In this document: positions 27,966-41,200 of the stretch, piece by piece
Numbering within the stretch: position 1 is the first letter of the stretch
How the letters are laid out: every line of letters starts with the position of its first letter
Assembly: GCA_900617105.1 (NCBI GenBank)
Contig: UYFQ01000546.1
Location: 1-64,000, forward strand
DNA length: 64,000 nucleotides
Source of the DNA: Hydrurus foetidus
Lineage: Eukaryota
Direction: 5' to 3'
Position numbers and translations under genes: made by a program
The notes under the pieces: generated by a model
Database searches by the model: none
Told to the model about the DNA's origin: nothing
Seen by the model: the letters and a program-made list of their open reading frames with translations, nothing else

Positions 27966-29199
27966 AAATTTCTATCGTATGGTTTATATCGTGCTACGGT
28001 GAAATGACAGTCAGTCAAGAACGGTAAATATTTTACCGTTCATTTTAATCGTCAAATTCTATCGTTCCCGTGAATAGTGGCCTGACGGTCAGCCTCCCCA
28101 CCTGAACCTTTCCCAGATTCGAAAAAGTTTTGGTACATTTATCTCCGTCAATTTTATTCCGTTTGCTGTGAAAAGTACCGATCGGTACTTTTCACAAGAA
28201 TCGGTACTTTTCACGAGCAAGAATCGGTACTTTTCACAGCAAACGGAATAAAATTGACGGAGATAAATGTACCGAAACTTTTTCGAATCTGGGAAAGGTT
28301 TGGGTGACAGTTGGGGAGGCTGACCTTGCAAACGGTCCCCGTATGGCTTTGGTCATCTGTTAGTTTTCTGCAATTCTATATAAAATGCGTAAGTGTAACA
28401 AATGACTGAATATATGCTGCAAACTGTCCGCGTGATTACCCTATAGTTCATTTCCCAGTTATGACGAAGTTTTAAGGCGACAATTTTTTGTTGCCTTCAT
28501 ATTTGGGATTTCTATTATGGCGTTCCACAAAAAAATTCAATTTCTAAATCTTTTCATATAGTAAGTGACGTCGTGATCACGAATTTTAACTCTATTTCTT
28601 GATTCTGTAAGATAAAAAAGTTCCGAAAAAAACTGATTTTTTTTGTGGCGTATCACGAGATGAATACGACTGACAAGTATTCTCTGAAAGAAAAATGGTT
28701 AATCATGATGTCATTACAGTGGGCAATGTAAGAAAGTATCAATAATGAAATGACGCTTTTTATCACACAACATAACATGTACAGAAAAGAATTTTACGTA
28801 GCATACATAATGCTTTATCCGTTTTATGCGACGCAGATATTGGTACTAAAAAAAGTGCTGATTAAAATCAGAAAATAACTGGAAGTCGCCAAAACAACAA
28901 AAATGTGAAGTATGTACAAGAATCAAATAAATTTCAAAACATCTAATTCTCGGAAAAAAATCAAAATCTATGAATGAGACAAAAATGGTGTGCGAAATTT
29001 GACGATTAGAAAGTAGACAAAGTAAGAATTCAAAAAGATAAAATGAATCCACACAACGTAAAATTTGTTGAGGAGAGGAGATAATAAGATATAACATGCA
29101 TGTAAGTTAGGATGAGGTTGAGAACTGATGGACATAATAAGATTATAGAAGAGCAAACATGAAAAGCTGAGATTAAATTTAAGTATACTATTTCGCTCC

Positions 29200-29461
29200 T
29201 CACAATAATTCCTTTCTAAGAATATCGATCACATTGTTGATTTTTTCTTGACGCAACTTCAGCCTACAGTATTGTGAGTGATGTCAAATTAGGTACGTAA
29301 AATGTCCACAAAATAATTTTTGGCTTGATTTGATTGGGTTCATGCAAATTCTATTTCTGTGCTTGTTGGTCAGAGTATCCGTGTATTTATATGTGTATGT
29401 CTCGTATCTGCGTGTGTCGATGTGCATGACTGTGTGCCGGTCCCTAACAGTGTGTGTGTGA

Positions 29462-29502
<41 letters not shown>

Positions 29503-32500
29503 CTCACATATCTCCCGAGCGACTCACCTTCTGCTATTGATGTGCTCCTCTGCTAGCAGACAGCTGTGCGCTGAGTCGAACATCATCATCAACTCGCTTT
29601 CACTCTCACATCCGTCTGCATCCTCAACTGCACCCAAAAAATGAGGCAGTTTACCAACCAAGTGTTCCGTATAGTGTCCGACAGTAGGCTGGGGTGGTGC
29701 AATAGCATTTTTACTTTCGATTTTCATTGTATTTGCAGTCAAAGAATTCCGTGTGAATTCTTTTAAAGAGGGACTGCGATTCATATTTAGTATGGGAGTA
29801 GTCGATTGCACTGTAATGCGAAGGACCTTTTTATTGCCCGAATATATGCTGCAGGTTGTGTCGAGTAAAGAGGCGAGCACGTGGACCGAGAACGCTGCAT
29901 TCCAGAGTATGTTGAAGTTATTGGCGCGAATTGTTCAAGGAAAATGAGGGGAAAACGAAAAAATGAAAATGAAAATGAAAAGGATAACGGCAAAAAATAA
30001 AATGCGCAAGATCCACGATAAGAAGGACTCGATAAAGCGTAATAGAATAAAAAAATCAAAAGTATGAAGTTGTACCTCAATTTGATAAGGTAAGTCAATG
30101 AAATGAAACATTATATTGTACATGAATATCAAAGTGAAGAAAAATTATTTTGCGTGAAAGAATTAACGAGCCCCAAAACCAAATTAGACATGCACGTACT
30201 GCTTGTATGGTGTCGTGCAGTACTTACTCTGTGAGGGAGAGTGGTGCGTGACGATGAGCAGCTGAGAGTCGTGTTGCACGAATAAAATTTCTCCATATTT
30301 CCTGTGACGTTGCCCAGATGAGTTTACACTATAATTATCATTATCATTACCAAAATTACTGTTATTGCTATTGTTACTGGTGCTGTGATTACTCCGTGTA
30401 TTATCCATCTCTCTATCAGCTTGATTTTCTCCGTCATATCGTGAGTGTTTAGTGACCACCCCTGACCCGTACGGACCCGTTCTGAAAAGAGAGTTTCTAG
30501 ACCCACCCTCACTAACTCGTCTAGGGAAGCGGAGAGAAAAAGGAGAGAGTAGTGGAGATGGGGAGGTTGGGGTATGCGGGGCAGTGAGATGGGACTTCGA
30601 GAGAGAGGAAGAAGCATGAGAGGAAGTGTCGCTGCTTGCGTTGGTGTTGGTGTTGCTGTTGTTACTGTTCCCTTGTGGCCCTACGTCTACGTGTGTTGAG
30701 TTGTCATCTCTCCCAACCAAACCTACTGGTGTTCCACCTCTCCCTCCCCCTGTCCCTACTCCTGCTCCTATCCCTGTCGCAACATGTGCATTTCCCAACA
30801 ATCCAAATGTGAAAAAAGCAGTAGAAGCATTGAAAAGCGAAGAAAAAACAGGGACAGCATTCACACTCAAAGAATCGTTTTGAGAACTCTGGGTGTTACT
30901 TGTGCTTTTGAATATTTCAGCATCTAAAAATCGTTTTTCCTTCATATCAAATTTTTGGTTTATTTCGAGTTTTTCATCGCACCAATTAGTGGGGCTGCTT
31001 CCCTCTTCTTTATTACTTTCAGAGATATTTGAATTTGAATTTTGAATACAAAAAACATCCTCTAGAAACGAATCTCCTTTGTACTCGGACATAAAACCTG
31101 TTCAATAATTGGACAGAAATGAAAAATAATTTCAATTCATCTATCCAATTAAATACACAAATTAAAATGATAGCAACTTTTCATTAGAATGAGAAATACT
31201 TTTAAAGAAGCTGATGAGGAACGTACGTACCGAGATCAGAAGATGAGTCTGCACGGCCGCTAAGAAGTCGCAGAATCTGACGGTCCAAGTTCCGCGTTAT
31301 TAGGAACATTTGGAGATCTTTTCTATTCCTTCCACTCTGATAATGAAAATGGGTAATAAAAAGTGGAAGAGATAATCAAAAATAGATCTAGAAAAAGTAG
31401 AGGGGGCGATGGAGAGAAGATGAGATAGTAGAAGAGAGGTATTCAAATGATAGTAGAGCAGGGGAGAGACAAAAGGAGAGAGAGGAACAGAAGGGAAAGA
31501 AGAAGAAAAAGGAAGAAAGACGGTGATGTGGTGTGGTGTGGTGTGATTCGGCAGGACAAAATGAAATGTGTTATTGTTAGGGAAAGGATAGAGGTATCTA
31601 ATGTTAGTGTGTATTGTGCATTGCATATCATGGCTACGACTCTTTCTGGCGTGCTACACTATGATACTAAAGTGCGGTGTAGCCTGATGTAGGATAGAAT
31701 ACACCAATGTGATAAATGCTGCGTACGATACCTGGGTGTGCGGTACACCATAACTCTCAAAATCTCCCTCTTCTCCCCCCTCTTCATCCTCCTCCTCCTC
31801 TTCTTCTTCCTCTCCATTTATTATCTTTTTACTGCTATCATCTTTACGAGAATATTTGAAATTGTTCCCAGCTATTTTTTCGTCACCATTCAGGGGGGCA
31901 GGGCTAAAAGACGATCCGGGGATCAGCAGTAGAGAGTGGCAACTGCTCATCTAAAAAGAAAAAGATGTATGAAAGACATGAAATTTTTTCAGGATTTATA
32001 TACATCCCAAAGGCAGCATTTTCGCGCACGTGTTGTGTACCTTTCTGACTGTATCCGTCCAACTGTCGGCTCCCCTGCTGCCAGCTATCAGTCTACGTGA
32101 CTGTTTTTCCAGTTCGCACAGCACAGACCAGCCTTTCGGTCTGTATAATATTGAGAGGGAATAATGAGGTATAAAGAGAAAAGAAAAGAAGAATGAAGAT
32201 GAAGAAGATAAAAGAGAAATGAGACAGTGAGTGAAGCACCGTGTAGATTGAGGTGAAGAGAATTAAATTGTGTTAGAGAGTTGAATAGACGGATATACGC
32301 AAAGTGCAACATTATCAATATCATTGTCATAGAATCATTGTAAGGTTCATTAACAATGGTGATGGTAATGCAGATGGAGATGCGGTGATACGATAGATAA
32401 AAATCAAACTATTCTCACCCCTCTAATTTCAATATCAAAGATCGTAAATTATTCAAATTAATTTCGTGAACTTTTTCAGCGACTGCGGATAGCAAAAGAA

Positions 32501-35500
32501 TTTCAGAAAAAATGCTTTCGTAAAAAGCAAGAGAATCATAGTCCTTTGTTTTTTCATTATTATCTTTTTCGTTTTCGTTCTGTTCACTTGTACCATTACC
32601 ATCGTCATTGTTTTTTTCTGATTTATTATCATCGACACTTTGGTTTTTATTACTGTTGTCACTTTTGCTGCTATTTACTTCCATGCTGTCGAAATACTCG
32701 AAATTACTTTTGATACTTCCACAGCCACTTCTGCCTATTTTCTCGTTCAATTTATTATCAATATCACTGACGTCATTCTTATCATAGTTGTTTCCACTCC
32801 TACCGCAATTGTCATCGTAATTCATTTCAGCGCTACGAGCACTTTTTTGTCCGTTGCATTCCATGGAATCAAAGGTCTGAGTTCCGTTGGCCATAGTAAT
32901 TGTTGCGATGTGAATAATACGCACGTACGAATATACAGTCCGTACAGCAACCTGCGTAAATTTATTGTAGAAGGGGAGGCAATTCAATCAGATATCATGA
33001 AGATGAAAAATAAATTCATATATTTCAAAAACGAAGATTCAAATGGATTCCAGGATTTAAAAAATGAGTGTAAGTATTTATTAGGACGAATCAAGAAAAA
33101 AAGATTTAAGAAACTGATATTAATGAAACATACTGAACAAAATAACTGACAAAAAAAATATAAAAGGAATTTTGGGGGGGAGAAATGAAGGAAGTTTTAA
33201 TAAGAATAGCAAGAAAGTGTCACTGATAGCTGATAGAATTACGCAGAGACGCAAAGAAATCTTACAGGAAAAAGATGAGTTACGGCGATGACAAAATTCA
33301 TAATAAAAAAGTGGTATAAATGTCTTGATAACTGGTTTACCATTATTGCAGCGAGAGTATGACTTTGATAGTTTTCAATCAACGAATACAAAACACGATT
33401 TAATATCGTATTATCTGTATTTTTCGTATTGTTTGTCAAATTAGATGACATGGCTCGGTTTTTATTAGAACTGTGTATCCCTATGCCAATATTTGAATCA
33501 CTTTTATATTCAACATTACACTTCTGACTGCTATTATTACTATCATCAACAATTGACGCAATGTGTTTTTCTTTCCTCAATTTATTTTCATTATCTATTT
33601 TGTCCTCATCAGTACTCTCACCCTCTTTTTCTTCCTTGAAAAGTGTCGCGCTATCAACAGATGGCACTGGCTCATGATCGACAAAAAAAGTGTACCCAAT
33701 ACTACTTGCAACTACGGTTTCCGCCCCATTTCCGTATTTTTCATCTACATCAATTTTCCTATCAAACTCTGCATTCTGATTCTTAAGAGAACATTCTTCT
33801 TTCTTTCTGTGTGAAGAATATTCCGCAATAGAACACAATTTGTAAATACTCATGACGTCAGGTTCTAGAGATGAAAGTCCACGTTCCTCACTCACACACT
33901 CAATATCGTCTATTTCTTCTTTGATTACTTGTATAGCTCCTTTATTTCGTGTTGTGTGCGCTATTGCATTGTAATCATCTTGAGATGGAAGGCTTGTGAG
34001 AGGATTGTTTGTTATTATGTTTTGTGTGTTGTATTTGTCTGTTTCTTGATGCCCATTTTTGTCGGCATAATTATTATCACTATTATCATCATTACTACTA
34101 CAATGATTATCGTTTTTATCAATAATTTGATCACCGGTAATTGGCCTCACCATACCATTTGTATAATCGAGAATGACACGCACCCCTTCTTCTCTTCTAG
34201 CCGCACTGATATCATCCATATTCACATCCATACTCTTCCCGCTATCCGATACAACATCATTACTACTTCTAACATCTTCACCGTTACTTCCACCCTGTTC
34301 ATTGCAGTTTGTAACACTTTTATGATCACTACTCTCATTAATTTCAGCTTCAACTACGACATCTTGTTCTCTCATTTCTTCACTTTCTTTTTCTCTTATT
34401 ATCACCACAATCTTTTTGTTATCGTGCGAAGAACGAGGAGTGCGTGGGATTGTATTGAAAGTAGAGGGAGAAAGAGGAGAGAGTGTTGTGGAGAGAGGAG
34501 AAAGAGGGGAAGAAGAAGGAGAGGAGAGATGTAAATCAAAAGGAGAGGACAGAAGGGAGGAAAGAGGAGAGGTGAGAGGAACAGTGAGGGGTAATGGCAT
34601 GACACCACCACTTGTCATCGCTATCTCACTCTCTGTCATTTGTGAGAAATCACTGCCACTACCCTTATCCGTGTTCTTATCCGGTCCATCTGCTACCGCA
34701 GAACATCCCTCTCTATTGCCATTGTCCGTACGCAGCACATCCGGATTTCTGGAATCTGGATCCAAGATCTGGGAGACAGGTGCCCCACTCTCTTCATCAA
34801 TACGTTCTGTTTCTCCGGTGTGTGCTGTGTGTGTGGGTAGGAGATCGAGAGCCCGTAGCACCATGACGGCTTTCACAGAAGGGACTTCAAGTACACACAC
34901 ACTCCCACTCCCATTTGTGTTACCGTCCCTATTCCCATTTGTATCCCTACCCCCATTCTTATTCCCACCCTGGTCCTCTCCTTCTTTTACGCCTTTATGA
35001 CTGAGATGCCGCTCTGCCTTCACACTAAAGGGCCTCTTCTCACCAACTTCAACTTCAACTTGATAACAAATTCTATTCTTCTTTCTCTCCTTTGATTGTT
35101 TAACTTCCTGCCCATTGTGATATTCAATAACTTCATTTTCGTTATCACTTTCACTGTCATATTTTGAGTCATGTTTCTCAAATTCCTCGTAATCCGTCAG
35201 TCTGTCTGACTGATAGTGCAATAACATCAATCCGAGCAATTCTAGTCGGACATTACTGCATTGAAATAAATATTCAAATCCTTCCCTATAAGGATTTTTT
35301 AAATCAAAATGTGAGCTCTGTTTATGTCCCAATTTCATCAGTAAATTATCTTCAAAATCATTTTTACCTCTTATCGAACGATTATCATTTTTATTTTCAC
35401 TTTTCACTGATTTTGATGCATTTATTTCATACGGTTTTGAGTCGTCATTTATTGTGTTTTCATTGAGAATATTGTGCAGTGTTTTTTTTCTGCCTTTTCT

Positions 35501-37736
35501 ACTTAGTGGATGAAATATGGCGACTGATATCGCGCGTAAGAACATTTCTTCCGTTACAAATCGGTATATCTATTACGGTATAATAATGAAGTGTTAGAGA
35601 GAGATAGGGTGAGATATATATATTGAGATTGAATAAGTGTGGTTGTAAAGTCAAAGAACGTCTCAAATCATAGGAACATAATCAAATACAACGCAGTACT
35701 GTACTGTACTGTACGGTACTGTACTGTACTGTACTGTACTGTACTGTACTGTACTGTACTGTACTGTACTGTACTGTACACTGTACTGTACTGTACTGTA
35801 CTGTACTGTACTGTACTGTACTGTACTGTACTGTACTGTACTGTACTGTACTGTACTGTACTGTACTGTACTGTACTGTACTGTACTGTACTGTACTGTA
35901 CTGTACTGTACTGTACTGTACTGTACTGTACTGTACTATACTGTACTGTACTGTGCACAATTCAATAAATTACAGTACGATACGGTATGGAACAATCCAG
36001 TGCAATCCAATACAATGCAATACTTCATAGAACAAAACAATTACAACGTTCACTAACCATACACCATATTCCTCAATAAAGTACAGCATTATTATAATCA
36101 CAGCCACTCTTGTCCCCAATAAAAAATACTCTGTTATGACCTTGATAAGATAGACAAGAGAAACGACAAGCCCCACAGAAGCATCTTCCACTCGTAGGAT
36201 ATTCTCGGCAACACTTTTCTCACTTTTTGCCACTGAATTCCTATTTACATTATCACTGTTATTTTCATTATTTTTCTCACTTTTATTTCCAATTATATTT
36301 TCTTTCTCATTTTCATTTTTATTGGAATAAAAAGACTTTAGAGGCTCAAGAAGAAAAGGATAAATGAATTCAGTGAGTAAATGATGTACCAGACACCTCC
36401 TTAATATCGAGATATTGAGACTAAATACGTCTTTAATGTAATATAGCCAGTCGTCAATGGAAAGCATGACGTCATCGATTTGTTCCTCAAGTTTTCTTAA
36501 CTCTTTCAAATCACTCTCATATTTCTCTTTTTCATCTTTACTTTTTGTTATACTCGTTGAATTATTATTTGTCTTTTTTAGTATTGATTGGTATTGTTGT
36601 GTACATCGAAATATTGTCGAATATTGCGTTTCCATCAAACTACCTATTTGAGTGAAAAATTTATGCATCACTTCATCTTGTAGAGCATGCTGCCTTGCTC
36701 TTATCTCCTTCACCTACAATTGCGTATGCAGATATCGGGTAATGCGTGTCAGGAATTCATTAGAAATTTAGTACTAGAGTAGTGATTCTAACGTACTACC
36801 CTAATAAAAGATAAGAAGTTGATTGCTATTCAGACACTGGTGGACTAACAAACCAAATGCACTTCTTTTTTCATTATCACCATAGGATATTTATTGGCAG
36901 TATGAATAGAAAGATTTCGACATCGACAGACATTGAATTTTCATCAGTTCTTATCAAACCTCTCTACCTGGTAGACGTTCAGCACAGTTGCTTGAGCTGC
37001 CGCACGCACCATAGGCTCGTGAGAATGCAGGAGATCAATGGCTTTGTTTAATAATGGAAATACACCAGTGCACTCAATGAAGAAGAATTGAACTGTTTGA
37101 ACGTTTAGCTTCAAAGATAATGTTTTCAAAAAAGAGACGAATTGTTCGCACAAACCCTCCTCATCTTTGGAGAAATCATGGGGATAAATAATGATCTCGT
37201 TGATGTAGTTGTTTGATAATAAATAGTAGAGTGAAGTCTCGTTTCGGACACAGTTGATCAGAATCGACAGTGTTTGAAGAATCTGATGGGGACATTTTAG
37301 AATAAGAAGAGATCAGAACTTCAGTTTCCTCAGGCATATAAAGTAGTTGTCTAGATGCATGGATCTGCTGATGAGACATGTCTAGACTGTAAATCTGCTG
37401 GACTGCTCAGTAAAAGACAATTCATATTTCAGACAGCAGGTATACCTGAACATGAACTCGACAAGGACATCCTATCTCTGTCCACATTATCTCAAGAAAA
37501 AGCGATAGCATGTTTTTCTCGCAGAAGAAATCAAAAAGGAGCTCACTGTTGTTGTCACCATATACTACCATCTCAGCAAGAACTCTCAGAATTTCAACTA
37601 CGAGTGCTTCATTTCCTTGATGAACATTTTTATTGTCGACCAATTGCTGGTGTATCTTGCGCAAATGTTTCAAGGAGAACCTATCAGCTTCACTGACCAC
37701 AGCCAAAGTTGCTATTGACTCTGCACGGCTGAACAT
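29200..37736 (-). CDS. CLEC16A: CLEC16A / TRANSPARENT TESTA 9 (FPL-domain) endolysosomal-autophagy protein, ~11 exons with long low-complexity insertions
   Basis: VVEILRVLAEMVVYGDNNSELLFDFFCEKNML, ILQTLSILI..ETSLYYLLSNNYINEII, FVSFLKTLSLKLN..VQFFF, FPL and EPMVRAA. C-terminal VLRITV and RLKLRQEKINNVIDIL..* (stop at 29202-29200). Confidence 0.88.
35694..35954. repeat. (GTACT)n pentanucleotide array in a CLEC16A intron
   Basis: About 50 nearly perfect units, directly visible. Confidence 0.97.
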
Positions 37737-38267
37737 CGTTGCCTCGACAAACTAAGAATCCTAAATTGTTGAGTCGTCCGATTGATATACGTTCAGTTAC
37801 CAAACCATTTCTTTCCCATCATTCATAAAATAACACCGAATTGTGCGCGTTAGCAAAGAGTCCAGTAACAGCCATTGCTTCAGACTCTCGATCACTGAAG
37901 AGCTGCGGGAATGATTCTCTCCTCTTTGCTGAAACGTAAATAGAAGAGAGAAGAGTCTATCTACGGTTAGACTTCCTTCGCTTCTTCCTTCTTCGTCTCC
38001 AAAATTCGGTAGCATTTTTAAAAAATTTTGGTAAAAAAATATCTCTCCCGAAGAACGACGAGAAAGTTGTTTCAGACAACATCAGGAGAAGCATAACACG
38101 CTAAGTACTCCTTGATAAACTGTTGAATCACTGTGTGAGGTCATCGAAATTTGTGTGCAGCTTGTAACGAGAAAATATTTCTGCTGTGAGGGCGAAAATT
38201 CCTGAGAATTACCTGCCGTCGCATCGTTGCTAATTGTTTGGGTGCCGTTGAAACAGAGATCTAATCA

Positions 38268-41200
38268 ATGTCAGTGTCCTCTCAGCCTCGTGGCTTGCAT
38301 AACTTCATATCAGAAATTAGGGCAGCATCTAGCAAAGACGATGAACGCTCCAGAGTTGACAAAGAACTTGCCAACATTCGCCAGAAATTTTCAGCAACAG
38401 CGAACCTTTCTTCATATCAGAAAAAGAAATACGTCTGGAAAATGTGTTACATAGCAATGCTCGGATATGATGTCGACTTCGGCCACATGGAGTTTATTTC
38501 GCTTTTGTCATCAACAAAATTCCAGGAAAAATCTGTAGGATACATGGCAGTGTCCATATTGCTTCGCCCAACTGATGAGATGATGACACTCGTTGTGAAC
38601 TCGATGAGAAACGACATAATCGGCCCGTACCACCACGGCAAAACTCTTGCTCTTGCAGCCTTGGCTAACATAGGAGGAGTTGATTTAGCAGAAGCTTTGT
38701 CAGCTGACGTGCAGAGACTGATAACAGCTCCTCTGGAATCGCCCCAAAACAGAGGTCTCAGACCAGAAGGATATGAGAGCAACAGAACTCTGCTGTGCAA
38801 GAAAGCAGCGCTTTGCCTCCTGAGACTATTCCGCACTAATCCGGACTGTGTCGAGCTCTCTGGTAAATCTTTTTTGACAATAATCTTATTTGTCATAAAA
38901 ATGATATCGGCGCTGACAGCACACATCGAATATTTGTTTAGACAACTGATTCTGTACATGTTCGTATAAGGAAAGTTCTTCATTTTTGAAAATGTTCTAG
39001 AAATTTTCCATTACTATTCATTATAAACAGAACATCATGATGCATGACGAACAGAATTCTCATCAACCAATGAGAATAACTTAACATCGTTGTGCGCTGT
39101 ACTTTTTATATGATTCTGCAAAAAGCGTAGACTAAATGCTAATTACTCTCACGCACACACTTAATTCGCCATTTCATATTTTATATTTCGTTCTCAGATT
39201 GGATTTTGCGATTTGATGTTCTGCTGGAAGACAGAGATCTCGGTAAGAAAAACACCGTGTAACTTCATGTGTTTTGCGAAGTGTTTATATTGCTTTACTG
39301 ATGTCCTGGGATTCTGAGAGTAATTATGTTCTATTAAATATATAAGTATTGAGCACTATCACGATGTATTATATGATATCAGCTTGAGTGGTACCAACTA
39401 GATAAAAATACAATCTTCTGTACATTACAATTACTGCACGATGCTGCTGCTCCATCCGGACTTTTTCCACCTTCAACTACAAGTCTTATGTGATTCTACA
39501 TTCTCTGACGGACACTTTTTAACAAGTTTTATTCTAATTACACTGCATAATTTCCTCTGCCTACCTTATCTTCCCTCACTCTCATCCTCATTCCCATTCA
39601 CTCTCTTCATATTCCGATGCTATTTCTATTTTCCGAATTCAATACCAGGCGTATTGAATTCTGTAATGAGTCTTCTTCTCGGATTCGGATCAGTGAATAG
39701 TGTGCTACTGGAATCTGTCGTTCCGCAAGTCATCAGAATTCTTACCGGACTAGCCGTAAGTCCCGTATTATTGTGAACTTCGTATTGTATATTTTAGACT
39801 GGATACTTCCAAGTGGATGCTGAGTGTAAAGTCATACACTGTCATTTTGTTACCTGCTCTTATTGTATTTATCTCATTCTTGCGGTGAAATAAGGTGCTG
39901 TGTCTAATTGAATAAAATGTATTTTTCTCATCGGGTGAGAATGATCACAGAACACTGTTTCAGCATTAACTACTCTGTATAATTCACACGGCTTTTGTAA
40001 CTGCTACCTTCACGAAGCAGTTATGGTTCTATTGTAGAGTTCTTTTTGAAATTCCGTGCGGAATTTGTTTTGTAGTGTGCGTTGAATTGACTTCCCCAAT
40101 TATCTCAATCAAGTCATGTACCATTTTCTCTCCTACGTTCTTACACAGGTGGCGCGTTCGTGTTCTCCAGAGTACTTGTACTACAACCTCCCCTGCCCTT
40201 GGCTGCAAGTAAAGTGCCTCAGATACCTGCAGTACTACAAAGTACGTACGACAGAAGTGCACTACCTCTAACACTACCTCTGATCAGACTGATTTATATT
40301 CCTCATTTTGAGTTGTACATAATCGGAAACAGCCTTAAAAAGACCCGTTTTCGTCACCCACCCTCCCTCGACCCCATTCGACCCCAACCATTCTAGTGCC
40401 CCTCTTAACCCTATCCTATTTCACAGTGTCTCACTTCCACATTGCTCCCCATCACGTCTCTTCACTTTCACTCCATTCAATATGTCTCACTTCATCCTGA
40501 CACCCATCATCTCCCCTCACCCCATTCCTCCCCCCCTCCTCCTCCTCTCTCCCCCATCACTCCTCCCTCCCTCCCTCACCCCCCTCCCTCCCCTGCTCTG
40601 CTCTGCATCAGGTGCGAGACATCGACTATGACCACTTGGAAATGCTCTACGACATCCTCGGTCGCATTCTAATCAGACCGGAAATCAGCGAGTCTCACAG
40701 CAAAAATAACGCGGCATACTCCATTCTATTCGAAGCTATTGCACTCACCATTTCTTTCGGACATGATGCGCCGGAGACACTCAGAGATCAAGGTAAGAAT
40801 GGCACTTCTAAGTCGAATGAGTGTGATTTGCATTTTTAATGGATTTTGCTTCATGACTGCAGTGCTTCCTTTTCACTTGTTGCTTGAGGTATCAGCTACA
40901 TGATATCTCCACTTGATCTCCTTATCCCTTTTTGAAGTTGGTTTTGATGGCTCTTTCTGGCCCTTTACCGTCCCGTTGCCTCCTATCTTTGATACTGGTT
41001 CTTTTTTTTCATATTTGACATCCAAACTATTCTAAATCCTTTCTCCTTTTATTTCCTATCCCACTATCCTCCCTTCTCCCCTCTTCGCACCCTACAACAC
41101 TACCCCTCCATCCCCTCCATGCAGTGGTCGGTCTGCTCGGTCGGTTCATCGAGGTTAAGGATGCCAACATCCGCTATCTGGGACTCGAAGCTATGACCCG

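Larger units (their letters stand above)
24215..28082. mobile_element. PIF/Harbinger DNA transposon, 3868 bp, two convergent genes
   Basis: Perfect 23-bp TIRs GGCCACTATTCACGGGAACGATA (24215-24237 and its reverse complement 28060-28082). 3-bp TSD TGA (24212-24214 and 28083-28085). DDE transposase plus a second ORF. Confidence 0.93.
23930..28335. mobile_element. Non-coding foldback (double-hairpin, MITE-like) element of ~535 bp, split into 23930-24214 and 28086-28335 by the Harbinger insertion
   Basis: Each half is self-complementary (~90-bp arms around GTGAAAAGTACCGAT repeats), and the halves are inverted copies of each other. Outer ends CCGTTTGCAAG / CTTGCAAACGG. No clear TSD seen. Confidence 0.75.
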
